From NCBI GenBank assembly GCA_007280875.1, contig QYQJ01000081.1, positions 1-47,796 on the forward strand: a stretch of DNA of 47,796 bases, written 5' to 3'. This DNA comes from Bacteroidota bacterium (GTDB taxonomy: Bacteria > Bacteroidota > Bacteroidia > Bacteroidales > FEN-979). The notes under the pieces were generated by a model, which did no database searches, was not told where the DNA came from, and saw only the letters and a program-made list of their open reading frames with translations. A program made the position numbers and the translations under genes. Each line of letters begins with the position of its first letter. Position 1 is the first letter of the stretch. This document shows positions 1 through 9,218 of the stretch, in pieces.

Positions 1-1
1 C

Positions 2-508
2 CCTCCTCCCGAAGCCCTGCAGGAGAAGGTTAAATTTACCGCTCCCGTTGTGGTAGAAGATACAACGGTAGAATCTGATTTCGGTAAACAGGATCTTCTG
101 GCTGAGAAATCGAACACGGAAGTTCCTTCCGAAGAACCGGAGATAAAGATCAAGGAAGAGAAACCACAGGTTATTGAACAACCCAAAGAAGCAGAGATTT
201 TCACGGTAGTGGAGGAAAATCCCCAATTCCCCGGAGGAGAGGCCGCTCTGTACAAATTTCTTGCTGAAAGTATCAAATACCCGGAAGAGGCTAAAGAACT
301 TGGCATCCAGGGGAGGGTATTCGTGAACTTTGTGGTAGAGACCAATGGCTCGGTCTCGAAGGTCAAGGTCCTCCGGGGCATCGGAGGCGGTTGCGATGAA
401 GAGGCCATCCGGGTCGTGCAAAGTATGCCCAGATGGACTCCCGGAAAACAACGGGGAATCCCGGTGCGGGTATCCTATAACCTGCCGATAAAATTTACGT
501 TGCAATAA
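2..508 (+). CDS. tonB: Energy transducer TonB, 5'-partial (runs off the window start)
   Basis: Frame is open from base 2 (PPPEALQEKVKFTAPVVVED...). TonB C-terminal motifs FPGG..ALYKFL...IKYPEEA..GIQGRVFVNFVVE..G...DEEAIRVV..MP.WTPG.QRG.PVRV.YNLPIKF. Confidence 0.93.
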   Translation, partial: PPPEALQEKVKFTAPVVVEDTTVESDFGKQDLLAEKSNTEVPSEEPEIKIKEEKPQVIEQPKEAEIFTVVEENPQFPGGEAALYKFLAESIKYPEEAKELGIQGRVFVNFVVETNGSVSKVKVLRGIGGGCDEEAIRVVQSMPRWTPGKQRGIPVRVSYNLPIKFTLQ

Positions 509-510
509 CG

Positions 511-609
511 GAAAAGATGCGTTTCGTGCCCCCCGTCGTTGTGGATTCGACGGTTGAGAATCCGTTCGGGGTTTGATTCAACCTGCCGGTCCGGTTCACA
601 CTACGATAA
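511..609 (+). pseudogene. Collapsed remnant of a tandem tonB paralog
   Basis: Translates EKMRFVPPVVVDSTVENPFG-V*FNLPVRFTLR*. This matches two separate parts of the upstream TonB: EKVKFTAPVVVEDTTVESDFG and VSYNLPIKFTLQ*. Confidence 0.8.
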
Positions 610-626
610 CCCGCATTTCCGATTCT

Positions 627-655
627 GTAGGGGCAACCTGGCAGGTTGCCCCTAC
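627..655. repeat. GTAG-family REP-like palindrome, with a partial further half-copy at ~670-679
   Basis: GTAGGGGCAACCTG-G-CAGGTTGCCCCTAC is a perfect 14-bp inverted repeat that begins with GTAG and ends with CTAC. Confidence 0.8.
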
Positions 656-686
656 GGTCGTTTTATTCCGGTTGCCCCTCCCTCTA

Positions 687-743
687 TTTGGAAATATTCC
701 AAACGAAACTTTTTTTAATTTTGGTCTGTTATTTTTCTAACAA
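687..743 (+). promoter_or_regulatory. hdrC promoter region with two candidate operators
   Basis: Bacteroidota -7 box TAATTTTG at 716-723. Palindrome TTTGGAA-ATA-TTCCAAA at 687-703. Rex-like CTGTTAT-TTTT-CTAACAA at 726-743. Confidence 0.55.
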
Positions 744-761
744 CCGATATATAGAGCATTT

Positions 762-1331
762 ATGATTGCACTCGGACAACAAATTGAGAATAAATTCCTG
801 GAGGCGGTAAACAAGAAAAGCGGGAGCAACATCCTGGAGTGTTACCAGTGTGGCAAGTGTGTCTCCACCTGCCCGGTAAGCAGCTTCATGGACTTCCCCC
901 CCCGGGAGATCATGCAGATGGTCAAGCTTGGGTTGAAGGAGGAGACCTACATGGCCAACTCCATGTGGTTTTGTCTCACCTGTGCCGCATGTTCCAGCCG
1001 CTGCCCTCGTGAAATAGACATTCCCCGGGTAATGGAAGCGATCCGCCACCTGGCCATCGAAGAGAATGTAGATCCTGATAACCCGAAGGTGAAGGCGATC
1101 CGGAAATTCCACGAGATCTTCCTGGATATGATCAAGCGGTACGGGCGCAATTACGAGCTGCGTATGATGGCCGAATTCAATATCAGAACCCGGAACCTGT
1201 TCAAAGATATGCATCTGGCTCCCAAAGCCCTCCTCAAGGGAAAGATCCCGCTGGGACATGAGAAAGTTCAGCGCGCAAAGGCGATCCAGCGTATGTTCAA
1301 GATGGCTGAAAAACTGGAAAAGATAAAATAA
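762..1331 (+). CDS. hdrC: Heterodisulfide reductase subunit C (2x[4Fe-4S])
   Basis: CYQCGKCVSTCP and WFCLTCAACSSRCPREID motifs; lies directly upstream of hdrB. Confidence 0.92.
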   Translation: MIALGQQIENKFLEAVNKKSGSNILECYQCGKCVSTCPVSSFMDFPPREIMQMVKLGLKEETYMANSMWFCLTCAACSSRCPREIDIPRVMEAIRHLAIEENVDPDNPKVKAIRKFHEIFLDMIKRYGRNYELRMMAEFNIRTRNLFKDMHLAPKALLKGKIPLGHEKVQRAKAIQRMFKMAEKLEKIK

Positions 1332-1339
1332 TCCAAACC

Positions 1340-2284
1340 ATGACAAAACTGACCTATTTCCCGGGTTGCTCCGCACATGGGACCAGCGAAGAGTTCGACA
1401 GCACACTGAAGCTGGTGATGAAAACGCTCGGGGTGGAGATGGAAGAGTTGCCCGACTGGAACTGTTGCGGTGCCACCTCAGCCCATGTGATGACGGAGAA
1501 CCTGGCTCTGGCGCTTCCCCTGCGAAACCTGGTGCTGGCGGAGCGGTTGCCCAATAAGACCATGGGCATAGCCTGCGCTTCCTGTTATTCCCGCATGAAA
1601 ACAACCAAGGTAGAGATGGACAGCCATCCAGAGCTGGCTAAAAAGATCAACTCCACCATTGTCGAAGAGGGGGAATACAAGGGGGTGGTGGATGTGAAAT
1701 CGATGCTTCAGTTCTTTTATGAGGATATCGGTCCGGAAGCCATCGCCGAAAAGGTCGTCTATCCCCTGAAAGGGCTGAAAGTAGCCTGCTACTATGGTTG
1801 CCTGCTGACCCGCCCGAAAAGCGTTACCCAGTTCGATTCGCCGGAATATCCTATATCCATGGACCGGATCATGGAAGCTCTGGGCGCAAAACCCACGGCA
1901 TTTGATTTCAAGACCGAATGCTGCGGAGCCTCGTTTTCCATCAGTGACACGGAAATCGTCCTCTCCCTCAGCGGTACCATCCTGGAAATGGCCCGGGAAA
2001 GCGGAGCCCATGCCATCGTGGTAGCCTGCCCCCTGTGCCAGTCGAACCTGGATATGCGCCAGCCGGATATTGATAAGAAAGCAGGAACCAAGTACAATAT
2101 CCCGGTACTGTACATCACCCAGCTGATGGCGCTGGCTTTCGGATATCCTTTGAAGGACCTGAAACCGGCAAAGCACATCATTCCGATCGAGCCGGCTCTG
2201 GCACATATCGGGGAAGAGATCGAAACTCCTGAAGAGAAAAAGAAACCCAGAAAAGTTGTTGAAGCAGAAAGTGAGGTAGAATAA
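1340..2284 (+). CDS. hdrB: Heterodisulfide reductase subunit B
   Basis: Two CCG domains: YFPGC..WNCCG..CASC and YYGCLL..ECCG..ACPLCQSNLD. Confidence 0.94.
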   Translation: MTKLTYFPGCSAHGTSEEFDSTLKLVMKTLGVEMEELPDWNCCGATSAHVMTENLALALPLRNLVLAERLPNKTMGIACASCYSRMKTTKVEMDSHPELAKKINSTIVEEGEYKGVVDVKSMLQFFYEDIGPEAIAEKVVYPLKGLKVACYYGCLLTRPKSVTQFDSPEYPISMDRIMEALGAKPTAFDFKTECCGASFSISDTEIVLSLSGTILEMARESGAHAIVVACPLCQSNLDMRQPDIDKKAGTKYNIPVLYITQLMALAFGYPLKDLKPAKHIIPIEPALAHIGEEIETPEEKKKPRKVVEAESEVE

Positions 2285-4257
2285 TGGCTCGTGTAGGTGT
2301 TTTTGTTTGTTTTTGCGGTGCGAACATCGCGGACTTTGTGGATGTTCCGGCTGTGACGGAAGAGGCAAAAAAGATCAAAGAGGTCAAATACGCCATAGAG
2401 TACAAATACATGTGTTCCGATCCGGGCCAGCAGATGATACGGGATGCCATAGTCCAGCACCGGCTTACCTCGGTGGTGGTGGCCGCCTGTTCCCCCCGCA
2501 TGCATGAGAAGACCTTCCGGAAGGCTCTTTCCGATGCCGGGATGAATCCCTATCTGCTGGAAGTGGCCAACATCCGTGAGCACTCCTCATGGGTGCACCA
2601 GAAAGATAAAAAAGCCGCTACCGAGAAGGCCAGTGACCTGATCCGGATGGCAGTTGCCAAATCGATCGCCAATGAGCAGCTGCATGAGATCTCGGTGCCG
2701 GTTACCAAGCGGGCGCTGGTGATCGGAGGCGGGATTGCTGGCATCCAGGCTGCCCTGGACATTGCCGATGCCCGGATCCCCGTCGTGCTGGTGGAAAAGA
2801 GCCCCTCCATCGGAGGACGCATGGCTCAGCTGGATGAGACCTTTCCCACCCTCGACTGCTCCCAGTGTATCCTGACTCCCAAGATGGTGGATGTGGCCAG
2901 CCACCCTTTCATCGAACTGCTTCCCTACTCCGAAGTGATGGAACTGGACGGATACGTGGGGAACTACAAGGCGAAGATCAAGCGGAAAGCCTCCTACGTC
3001 AATTTCGATACCTGCACCGGTTGCGGCGCCTGCTGGCAGAAATGCCCGGTGAAGGTCCCCAACGAGTTCAACATGGGGATCGACAAGCGGAAAGCAATTT
3101 ACAGCCCCTTCCCGCAGGCTGTCCCAAATAAACCGGTGATCGATGCCGAGCACTGCACCATGCTGCTCAAGGGAAAATGCGGCATCTGTGCCAAGGTATG
3201 CGAAAAGGGATCAATCGATTACACCATGCAGGATGAGATTGTGGAACGGGAGATTGGAGCAGTGGTTGTGGCCACCGGCTACGATCTGTGGGATCCGTCA
3301 CCCTATGAAGAATATGGAGTAGGACGGTACAAAGACATCATCACCTCCCTGGAGTTCGAGCGGATGGTTTCCGCCAACGGACCCACAGGCGGAGTGCCGG
3401 TCCGCCCCTCTGACGGGAAGGTACCGAAACGTGTTGTTTTCATTAAATGCGTCGGGTCTCGTGATGAAGCCAAGGGAATCGAATACTGCTCCAAGATCTG
3501 CTGTATGTACACGGCAAAACACGCCATTTTACTGCACCATAAAGTCCACGACTCCCATGCCTATATCTTCTATATGGATATCCGGGCTGCCGGAAAAGGC
3601 TATGAGGAATTCGTGAAACGGGCTCAGGTGGAAACGGGAGCAACCTACCTGCGGGGACGGGTATCCAAGATTTACAAGAAAGGCGAAAACCTGATGGTAC
3701 GGGGCGAGGATGCGCAGCTCGGCCAGGTGGTCGAAGTAGAAGCTGACCTGGTGGTACTGGCTACAGCCATTTACCCGTATAAAGATAATCCTGACCTGGC
3801 ACGGTTGCTGGGGATCTCTTACGACAAATACGGATACCTTTCAGAAGCCCATCCGAAACTTCGCCCGGTGGAGACAGCCAAAGCCGGGATCTACCTGGCA
3901 GGTTGTACCCAGGCCCCGAAAGATATTCCGGATACGGTGGCCCAGGCATCAGCCGCAGCAGCCAAGGTATGCGGACTCTTTGCCGGGGATACCCTGAAGA
4001 AAGATCCCATGATCTCCACGGTCAACACCGAGTTTTGTACCGGATGCCAGAACTGCGTGACCGTTTGCCCCTACCAGGCCATTGTCACAGAAGAAATTCC
4101 GCTGGGGCACGGTTCGAAGGAAATGCGGATCGTAGCCAAAGTGAACGAAGGTGTGTGCCAGGGTTGTGGTTCCTGCGTGGCCATCTGCCGCAGCATGGCC
4201 ATTGACCTGGCCGGATTTACTGACATGCAAATCATTAATGAGATTGTATCTATCTGA
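2284..4257 (+). CDS. hdrA: Heterodisulfide reductase subunit A (FAD, electron-bifurcating)
   Basis: CFCGANIA, ACSPRMHE, VIGGGIAG FAD motif, TFPTLDCSQC, CVGSRD, YCSKICCMY, inserted and C-terminal ferredoxin domains. TAATG coupling to hdrB. Confidence 0.96.
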   Translation: MARVGVFVCFCGANIADFVDVPAVTEEAKKIKEVKYAIEYKYMCSDPGQQMIRDAIVQHRLTSVVVAACSPRMHEKTFRKALSDAGMNPYLLEVANIREHSSWVHQKDKKAATEKASDLIRMAVAKSIANEQLHEISVPVTKRALVIGGGIAGIQAALDIADARIPVVLVEKSPSIGGRMAQLDETFPTLDCSQCILTPKMVDVASHPFIELLPYSEVMELDGYVGNYKAKIKRKASYVNFDTCTGCGACWQKCPVKVPNEFNMGIDKRKAIYSPFPQAVPNKPVIDAEHCTMLLKGKCGICAKVCEKGSIDYTMQDEIVEREIGAVVVATGYDLWDPSPYEEYGVGRYKDIITSLEFERMVSANGPTGGVPVRPSDGKVPKRVVFIKCVGSRDEAKGIEYCSKICCMYTAKHAILLHHKVHDSHAYIFYMDIRAAGKGYEEFVKRAQVETGATYLRGRVSKIYKKGENLMVRGEDAQLGQVVEVEADLVVLATAIYPYKDNPDLARLLGISYDKYGYLSEAHPKLRPVETAKAGIYLAGCTQAPKDIPDTVAQASAAAAKVCGLFAGDTLKKDPMISTVNTEFCTGCQNCVTVCPYQAIVTEEIPLGHGSKEMRIVAKVNEGVCQGCGSCVAICRSMAIDLAGFTDMQIINEIVSI

Positions 4258-4736
4258 TGGAAGCAGAAATAAAAGAGAAAATCGTAAGCATGGAGAAACC
4301 CCACATGGAGGCTCCGCCCGACTGGCAGCCCGTGATTATGGGAATCCTCTGTAACTGGTGCTCCTATGCAGGTTCCGACCTGACCGGAACCAGCCGGATC
4401 CAGTATCCGCCCAACATCCGGATCATCCGGGTTCCCTGTTCGAGCCGTGTGGATCCATGGTTCATCATCAAGTCACTCCAGACTATTGCCGACGGGGTTC
4501 TGATATCGGGATGCCATCCCGGGGACTGCCACTACATCTCAGGGAATTACTATGCCCGCCGCCGGTTCCTGGTCACCAAGAAACTGTTGAATTTCGTCGG
4601 CTTTCATGAGAACCGGGTCCAGTTCTCCTGGGTCTCGGCTGCCGAAGGGGCCAAGTTCGCTAAAGTGGTAACCAAAGTTACAGAGGACATCAGGAAACTG
4701 GGACCATTGCATCTCTATAAAAAGGAAAACAGCTGA
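4257..4736 (+). CDS. flxD: MvhD-like [2Fe-2S] subunit (FlxD)
   Basis: CNWCSYAG.D, IRVPCSSRV, GCHPGDCHY and WVSAAEG are MvhD-family motifs. TGATG overlap with hdrA. Confidence 0.9.
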   Translation: MEAEIKEKIVSMEKPHMEAPPDWQPVIMGILCNWCSYAGSDLTGTSRIQYPPNIRIIRVPCSSRVDPWFIIKSLQTIADGVLISGCHPGDCHYISGNYYARRRFLVTKKLLNFVGFHENRVQFSWVSAAEGAKFAKVVTKVTEDIRKLGPLHLYKKENS

Positions 4737-4741
4737 TAATC

Positions 4742-5593
4742 ATGGACTATACAAAGCAAATTCAGGATATTGCCGGCCGACTCTTTTCCGAAGGGAAGAT
4801 CGATATATTCATCGGGTACCGCAATACGGGTTTTGATGAAAACCAGGTACCGGTGCTGATCCACCAGTACAAGGATGTGGATCAGCTCCTGTTCACCGAT
4901 AAATCGGTTTTCAATCTGGCCAATTACCTGAAGTACGAACATACCCGCAACAAACGGGTAGGGTTGATCGTGAAGGGATGCGACAGCCGTGCATTGAACC
5001 TGATGCTCACCGAAAGCCAGGTCAAACGGGAAAACCTGTACATTATCGGGATCGCCTGTGAAGGGGTGGTGAATGAAACGGGAGAGAAGGCTCAGAACTG
5101 TGTGGAATGCATGATGCCCGATGCGGTAGTGTACGACGAACTGCTCGGTTCTGCAACGGGAAAACGGGAATATCAGGTGAATGCTGATATCCGGGAACTT
5201 GATGAGAAAACCCTGACCGACCGTGTGGAATATTTTGAGGAGATCTTTGAAAACTGCATTCGCTGCAATGCCTGCCGTCACTCCTGCCCGCTCTGTTATT
5301 GTGCCAAATGCTGCATCGACCAGGAGACCGCTACCCTTTTTCACGGAGCAAACACCACTTCCAGCGCCTTCCATGCATTGATGACCTGGTCGTTGCACCT
5401 GGCCGGCCGGTGTGTGGATTGCCGTAACTGCGAAAAAGCCTGCCCGATTCACCTTCCGCTGCACCTGCTGCACAAACTGAACGAAAAGGTAATCTACGAG
5501 AACTTCCAGGAGAACCTGGCCGGGATGACCGAAGGGGACCGGGGAGCCTTCTACAAGTACAGTTTGAGCGATCCTGACGATTTTATCCTGTAA
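4742..5593 (+). CDS. flxC: 4Fe-4S subunit, FlxC-like (FrhB/FdhB-related)
   Basis: KGCDSRAL, CIRCNACRHSCPLCYC and HLAGRCVDCRNCEKACP motifs; position within hdrCBA-flxDCBA order. Confidence 0.8.
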   Translation: MDYTKQIQDIAGRLFSEGKIDIFIGYRNTGFDENQVPVLIHQYKDVDQLLFTDKSVFNLANYLKYEHTRNKRVGLIVKGCDSRALNLMLTESQVKRENLYIIGIACEGVVNETGEKAQNCVECMMPDAVVYDELLGSATGKREYQVNADIRELDEKTLTDRVEYFEEIFENCIRCNACRHSCPLCYCAKCCIDQETATLFHGANTTSSAFHALMTWSLHLAGRCVDCRNCEKACPIHLPLHLLHKLNEKVIYENFQENLAGMTEGDRGAFYKYSLSDPDDFIL

Positions 5594-5607
5594 TTTATTC
5601 CAACACG

Positions 5608-6657
5608 ATGAAACTCACAACCTATAGCACTGATCAGGCCGGGCTGCAAGCGTTTTATGAGGCGATCATCCGCGCTCACGACACCTATGGCCCGGTAGAA
5701 AAATTCGGGAAATTCGATTTCAAAAAGGTGAATTCCCTCTCCGAATGCGATCCTGAGTCTCCGATCCCCCGGACCATGAGCGTGAAACCGCTCTTCTTTC
5801 CCAAGTCGGCAAAGGTGATGAAATATACAGCTACAAGTGCCGGAACCGAACTTTCCGATACCGCAGAGGATCCGCTGGCCGGGAAGCGTGTGATACTGGG
5901 AGTAAAGCATTGCGATGCCCGGGGACTCCAGGTGCTGGACGCGGTCTACAAATGGGATTACATCGATACAGATTACGAGAAACGCAGGGAGAACACCATA
6001 CTGATATCGCCGCGCTGCGACCAGGCTGCCACCCATTGCTTCTGTACTTCCCTCGACTACGACCTGGAAACCCTGGATGCCGTGGATGTGGCGGTAATCA
6101 ATGGGGCCGACAGGAAGATCTACCTGCAGGCACGTACAGAGAAGGGGGAGACCTTCCTGAAGGAAAATGCCACAGGTCTGACATCTGCCAATGGATCGGC
6201 GGAGGCTGAAATGAAAAAGCAGTATGAAACATTTGCTGCCTCATTCCGTCTGAAGATGAACTACCAGGAGATCAACGAACGGATGCAGGGTCAGTTTGAT
6301 TCTCCTACCTTCGAGGAGGTGCCATCCAGCTGTGTCAGCTGCAACACCTGTGCGTTTGTTTGCCCAACCTGTCATTGCTTCAAGATCTCCGACGAGAAGA
6401 TCCGGGATAAGGGGGTCAGGTACAAGAGCTATGATTCCTGTAATAACGTTTATTTCACGCTGATGGCAGGTGGTCACAATCCCAGGCCGGTGAAATACCG
6501 TCGCTGGCGTCAGCGGGCCATGCACAAGTTTGTCTATTACAAGGAGCGGTTTGGAGTGAACTTATGCATTGGCTGCGGCAAGTGCACCACTTCCTGCCCG
6601 GTGAACATCAGCATTTTTGAGGTAGTAACTAAAGTAGCAAGTTCAATGCAGGAATGA
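5608..6657 (+). CDS. flxB: 4Fe-4S subunit, FlxB-like (AsrA/HydB family)
   Basis: GVKHCD, HCFCTS, CVSCNTCAFVCPTCHCF, GGHNPR...R.RQR.MHKF and CIGCGKCTTSCPVNI motifs. Confidence 0.85.
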   Translation: MKLTTYSTDQAGLQAFYEAIIRAHDTYGPVEKFGKFDFKKVNSLSECDPESPIPRTMSVKPLFFPKSAKVMKYTATSAGTELSDTAEDPLAGKRVILGVKHCDARGLQVLDAVYKWDYIDTDYEKRRENTILISPRCDQAATHCFCTSLDYDLETLDAVDVAVINGADRKIYLQARTEKGETFLKENATGLTSANGSAEAEMKKQYETFAASFRLKMNYQEINERMQGQFDSPTFEEVPSSCVSCNTCAFVCPTCHCFKISDEKIRDKGVRYKSYDSCNNVYFTLMAGGHNPRPVKYRRWRQRAMHKFVYYKERFGVNLCIGCGKCTTSCPVNISIFEVVTKVASSMQE

Positions 6658-6735
6658 AGGAATGAAGGAATTTAAAGAAACGTAGATGAGTGATAATTTT
6701 ACCATTTTACTATTTCACCATTTCACTATTTCACT
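6652..6735 (+). repeat. Two 8-mer tandem arrays filling the flxB-flxA spacer
   Basis: GAATGAAG x2+ contains the flxB stop. ATTT(T/C)AC(C/T) x5 at 6696-6735 runs directly into the flxA ATG. Confidence 0.85.
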
Positions 6736-7569
6736 ATGGAACAATTACTAGTCCCCATGATCTGCAAGGTGGATAAGATTATCCAGGAGACCCCGGATAT
6801 CTGCACCTACCGGTTGAAATTCAGGGATGAGTCCCTGACGGAACAATTTGACTGGCTGCCCGGACAATTTATCGAGTTTTCCCTGCTCGGCAGCGGCGAG
6901 TGTACCTTCTGTATTGCCTCATCGGCTACCCGGAAAGGCACCTTCGACTGTTCCATCAAACGGGCAGGGATTGTGACCGCCGACATCCACCGGGATATCG
7001 ACGAAGGGGATGAAGTGGGGATCCGCGGACCTTACGGGAACTGGTTCCCGCTGGAGGATCTGAAAGGGAAGAACCTGCTTTTTGTCGGAGGTGGTATCGG
7101 GTTGGCGCCATTGCGTTCACTGATTCAGTATGCCATTGATAACCGCAATCAGTATGCTGATTGTACCATACTCTATGGGGCCCGTACCTCGGCCGATCTC
7201 TGTTACAAGGAGGAGATCGAAGAGTGGAAAACAAACAAATCCCTGCGGGTCATACTTACCATCGATAAACCGGAGGATACCTGGAAAGAACATGTGGGAG
7301 TGGTCCCGAAAATTCTGGAAGAGGTGGTCAAGCCGAAGGTCGAAAACACCAAGGTCATCACGTGCGGCCCCCCGATCATGATCAAATACACCCTGCTGGC
7401 ACTCGATCGGCTTGGTTTTGCGCCAAAGGATGTGATCACCACACTGGAGATGAAGATGCAATGCGGCCTGGGGAAATGCGGGCGGTGCAACATCGGCAGT
7501 ACCTATGTATGCAAAGACGGGCCGGTGTTCACCTATGAGGAATTGAAGCGTCTGCCGGACGAATTTTAA
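6736..7569 (+). CDS. flxA: FAD/NAD(P)-binding oxidoreductase with [2Fe-2S], FlxA (AsrB/PyrK family)
   Basis: PGQF, GIRGPYGN, GGGIGLAPLRS, CGPPIM and EMKMQCGLGKCGRCNIG..VCKDGPVF motifs. Confidence 0.9.
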   Translation: MEQLLVPMICKVDKIIQETPDICTYRLKFRDESLTEQFDWLPGQFIEFSLLGSGECTFCIASSATRKGTFDCSIKRAGIVTADIHRDIDEGDEVGIRGPYGNWFPLEDLKGKNLLFVGGGIGLAPLRSLIQYAIDNRNQYADCTILYGARTSADLCYKEEIEEWKTNKSLRVILTIDKPEDTWKEHVGVVPKILEEVVKPKVENTKVITCGPPIMIKYTLLALDRLGFAPKDVITTLEMKMQCGLGKCGRCNIGSTYVCKDGPVFTYEELKRLPDEF

Positions 7570-7580
7570 AATAGTTGTAC

Positions 7581-7588
7581 TATCTTTG
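7581..7588 (+). promoter_or_regulatory. -7 promoter box ahead of the small ORF and nuoA
   Basis: TATCTTTG matches the Bacteroidota TAnnTTTG consensus, 21 nt upstream of the ATG at 7610. Confidence 0.6.
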
Positions 7589-7609
7589 TACGTGTAAACC
7601 TGGATTCAC

Positions 7610-7708
7610 ATGGATAAGGAAACAAAAGGAAATTGGATTGTCGTTCTCCCGATCATCGCGCTTGTGATCTTCTTTTGCTTCTGGGTGCTCTCTATGACCA
7701 TAGGTTGA
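7610..7708 (+). CDS. Putative 32-aa single-pass membrane protein (below the ORF-track cutoff)
   Basis: MDKETKGNWIVVLPIIALVIFFCFWVLSMTIG*: charged N-terminus plus one hydrophobic helix, directly behind a promoter box. Confidence 0.55.
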   Translation: MDKETKGNWIVVLPIIALVIFFCFWVLSMTIG

Positions 7709-7745
7709 TATCCCGGGAATGCCCGGATTTTAATCCATCAGAGGT

Positions 7746-8129
7746 GTGGTGACACCTGATTTTTTCCCGGCTGATTATATACCGATCCTCGTCCAGAGTG
7801 TGGTAGCGCTGGGTTTTGTGGTCATCACGATGACCCTGACCCATTTCATGGCAGGGAAACGGAAAAAAATTCACACCCTGCGTAAGGAGGAAAATTTTGA
7901 GTGCGGGATCGAAGTGAAAGGAAATGCCCGGTTTCCCTTCTCCATAAAGTACTTTCTGATCGCCATCCTCTTTGTCTTGTTCGACGTGGAGATCATCTTC
8001 TTCTACCCCTGGGCAATCAATTTCAAAGAATTCGGCTGGGACGGCTACCTGGAGATGCTGGTTTTCCTGTCGTTCCTGTTATTCGGGTTCTTTTATATCT
8101 ATAAAAAAGGGGCCTTCAACTGGGAGTAA
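7746..8129 (+). CDS. nuoA: NADH-quinone oxidoreductase subunit A
   Basis: FECG, KYFLIAILFVLFDVEIIFFYPWA and C-terminal KKGAFNWE; GTG start. Confidence 0.95.
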   Translation: MVTPDFFPADYIPILVQSVVALGFVVITMTLTHFMAGKRKKIHTLRKEENFECGIEVKGNARFPFSIKYFLIAILFVLFDVEIIFFYPWAINFKEFGWDGYLEMLVFLSFLLFGFFYIYKKGAFNWE

Positions 8130-8137
8130 TACAATAC

Positions 8138-8689
8138 ATGGATAAACGATTTCCAAAATATACCAAGGCAGAGCCTCCTGACGGACACACGGGGGCAGGG
8201 TTCTTTGCTACTACGTTCGACAGAGTAATCGGACTGGCACGAAAGAACTCGATCTGGCCACTGCCATTTGCCACTTCCTGTTGTGGCATCGAATTCATGG
8301 CCACGATGGGAGCGCATTATGACCTGGCACGATTCGGATCGGAAAGGTTGAGTTTCAGTCCCAGGCAGGCCGACCTGCTGATGGTGATGGGGACGATCGC
8401 CAAAAAAATGGCACCGGTGGTACAACAGGTCTATATTCAGATGGCAGAGCCCCGCTGGGTACTGGCCATGGGAGCCTGTGCCTCCAGTGGCGGGATATTT
8501 GATACTTACAGTGTATTGCAGGGGATCGATCGAGTGGTGCCGGTCGATGTCTATGTACCGGGTTGTCCACCACGACCGGAACAGGTGATCGACGGCTTCA
8601 TGAAGATCCAGGAACTGGTGGGGAAGGAATCGTTGAGAAGGAGATATTCACAGGAGTATAAAGAACTACTAATGAGCTACGGCATTTAA
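8138..8689 (+). CDS. nuoB: NADH-quinone oxidoreductase subunit B
   Basis: TSCCGIEFMA, SPRQAD, MGACASSGG and PGCPPRPE motifs. Confidence 0.96.
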   Translation: MDKRFPKYTKAEPPDGHTGAGFFATTFDRVIGLARKNSIWPLPFATSCCGIEFMATMGAHYDLARFGSERLSFSPRQADLLMVMGTIAKKMAPVVQQVYIQMAEPRWVLAMGACASSGGIFDTYSVLQGIDRVVPVDVYVPGCPPRPEQVIDGFMKIQELVGKESLRRRYSQEYKELLMSYGI

Positions 8690-8698
8690 AAAGGATAG

Positions 8699-8716
8699 AA
8701 CGCGGATAACGCGGAT
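8699..8716 (+). repeat. 9-mer tandem repeat in the nuoB-nuoC spacer
   Basis: AACGCGGAT x2. Confidence 0.6.
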
Positions 8717-8720
8717 TGAG

Positions 8721-9218
8721 ATGGAGAAAGTAAACTTTATCATCGAAACTCTGAACATACGGTTTGATAAGGGAACCCTTGACATGGATAACTCCTCGGA
8801 TATGCTTACGGTTACGGTGGGAAAGAGCATCATCCATGAGGTGATCCGGTTCCTTAAAGAGGATGAAATGATGGGATTTACTTTTCTGACTACACTTTGC
8901 GGCATACATTTTCCGGATAGCCCGTTACCATTGGGGGTCATATACCACCTCCACAACCTGACGGAAAATCGACGCATCCGGGTCAAAACCTTTGTTCCGC
9001 AGGAATCTCCGCATCTGCCTTCCATCACACCGCTCTTCGCAGCAGCTAACTGGATGGAGCGGGAGACCTTTGATTTTTATGGAATTATTTTTGACGGACA
9101 CCCGAATTTACAACGGATCCTCAACGTGGAATACCTGGATTACTTTCCCCTCAGGAAAGAATATCCCCTGGAGGACCCCACGCGGGAGGATAAAGATGAC
9201 CGCTTTTTTGGAAGATAA
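8721..9218 (+). CDS. nuoC: NADH-quinone oxidoreductase subunit C
   Basis: ANWMERETFDFYGIIFDGHPNL.RIL...PLRKEYP motif. Confidence 0.95.
   Translation: MEKVNFIIETLNIRFDKGTLDMDNSSDMLTVTVGKSIIHEVIRFLKEDEMMGFTFLTTLCGIHFPDSPLPLGVIYHLHNLTENRRIRVKTFVPQESPHLPSITPLFAAANWMERETFDFYGIIFDGHPNLQRILNVEYLDYFPLRKEYPLEDPTREDKDDRFFGR

Noticed and set aside
4255-4259. hdrA TGA as a selenocysteine or read-through codon
   Set aside because: It is a TGATG stop-start overlap with flxD in another frame, and the Hdr/MvhD Cys motifs are complete.
8992-9195. N-terminal extension of NuoD (likewise NuoH 13428-13475, ORF 33933-34010 and ORF 47058-47099)
   Set aside because: These extensions overlap the previous gene, a repeat array or promoter DNA; better start codons exist downstream.
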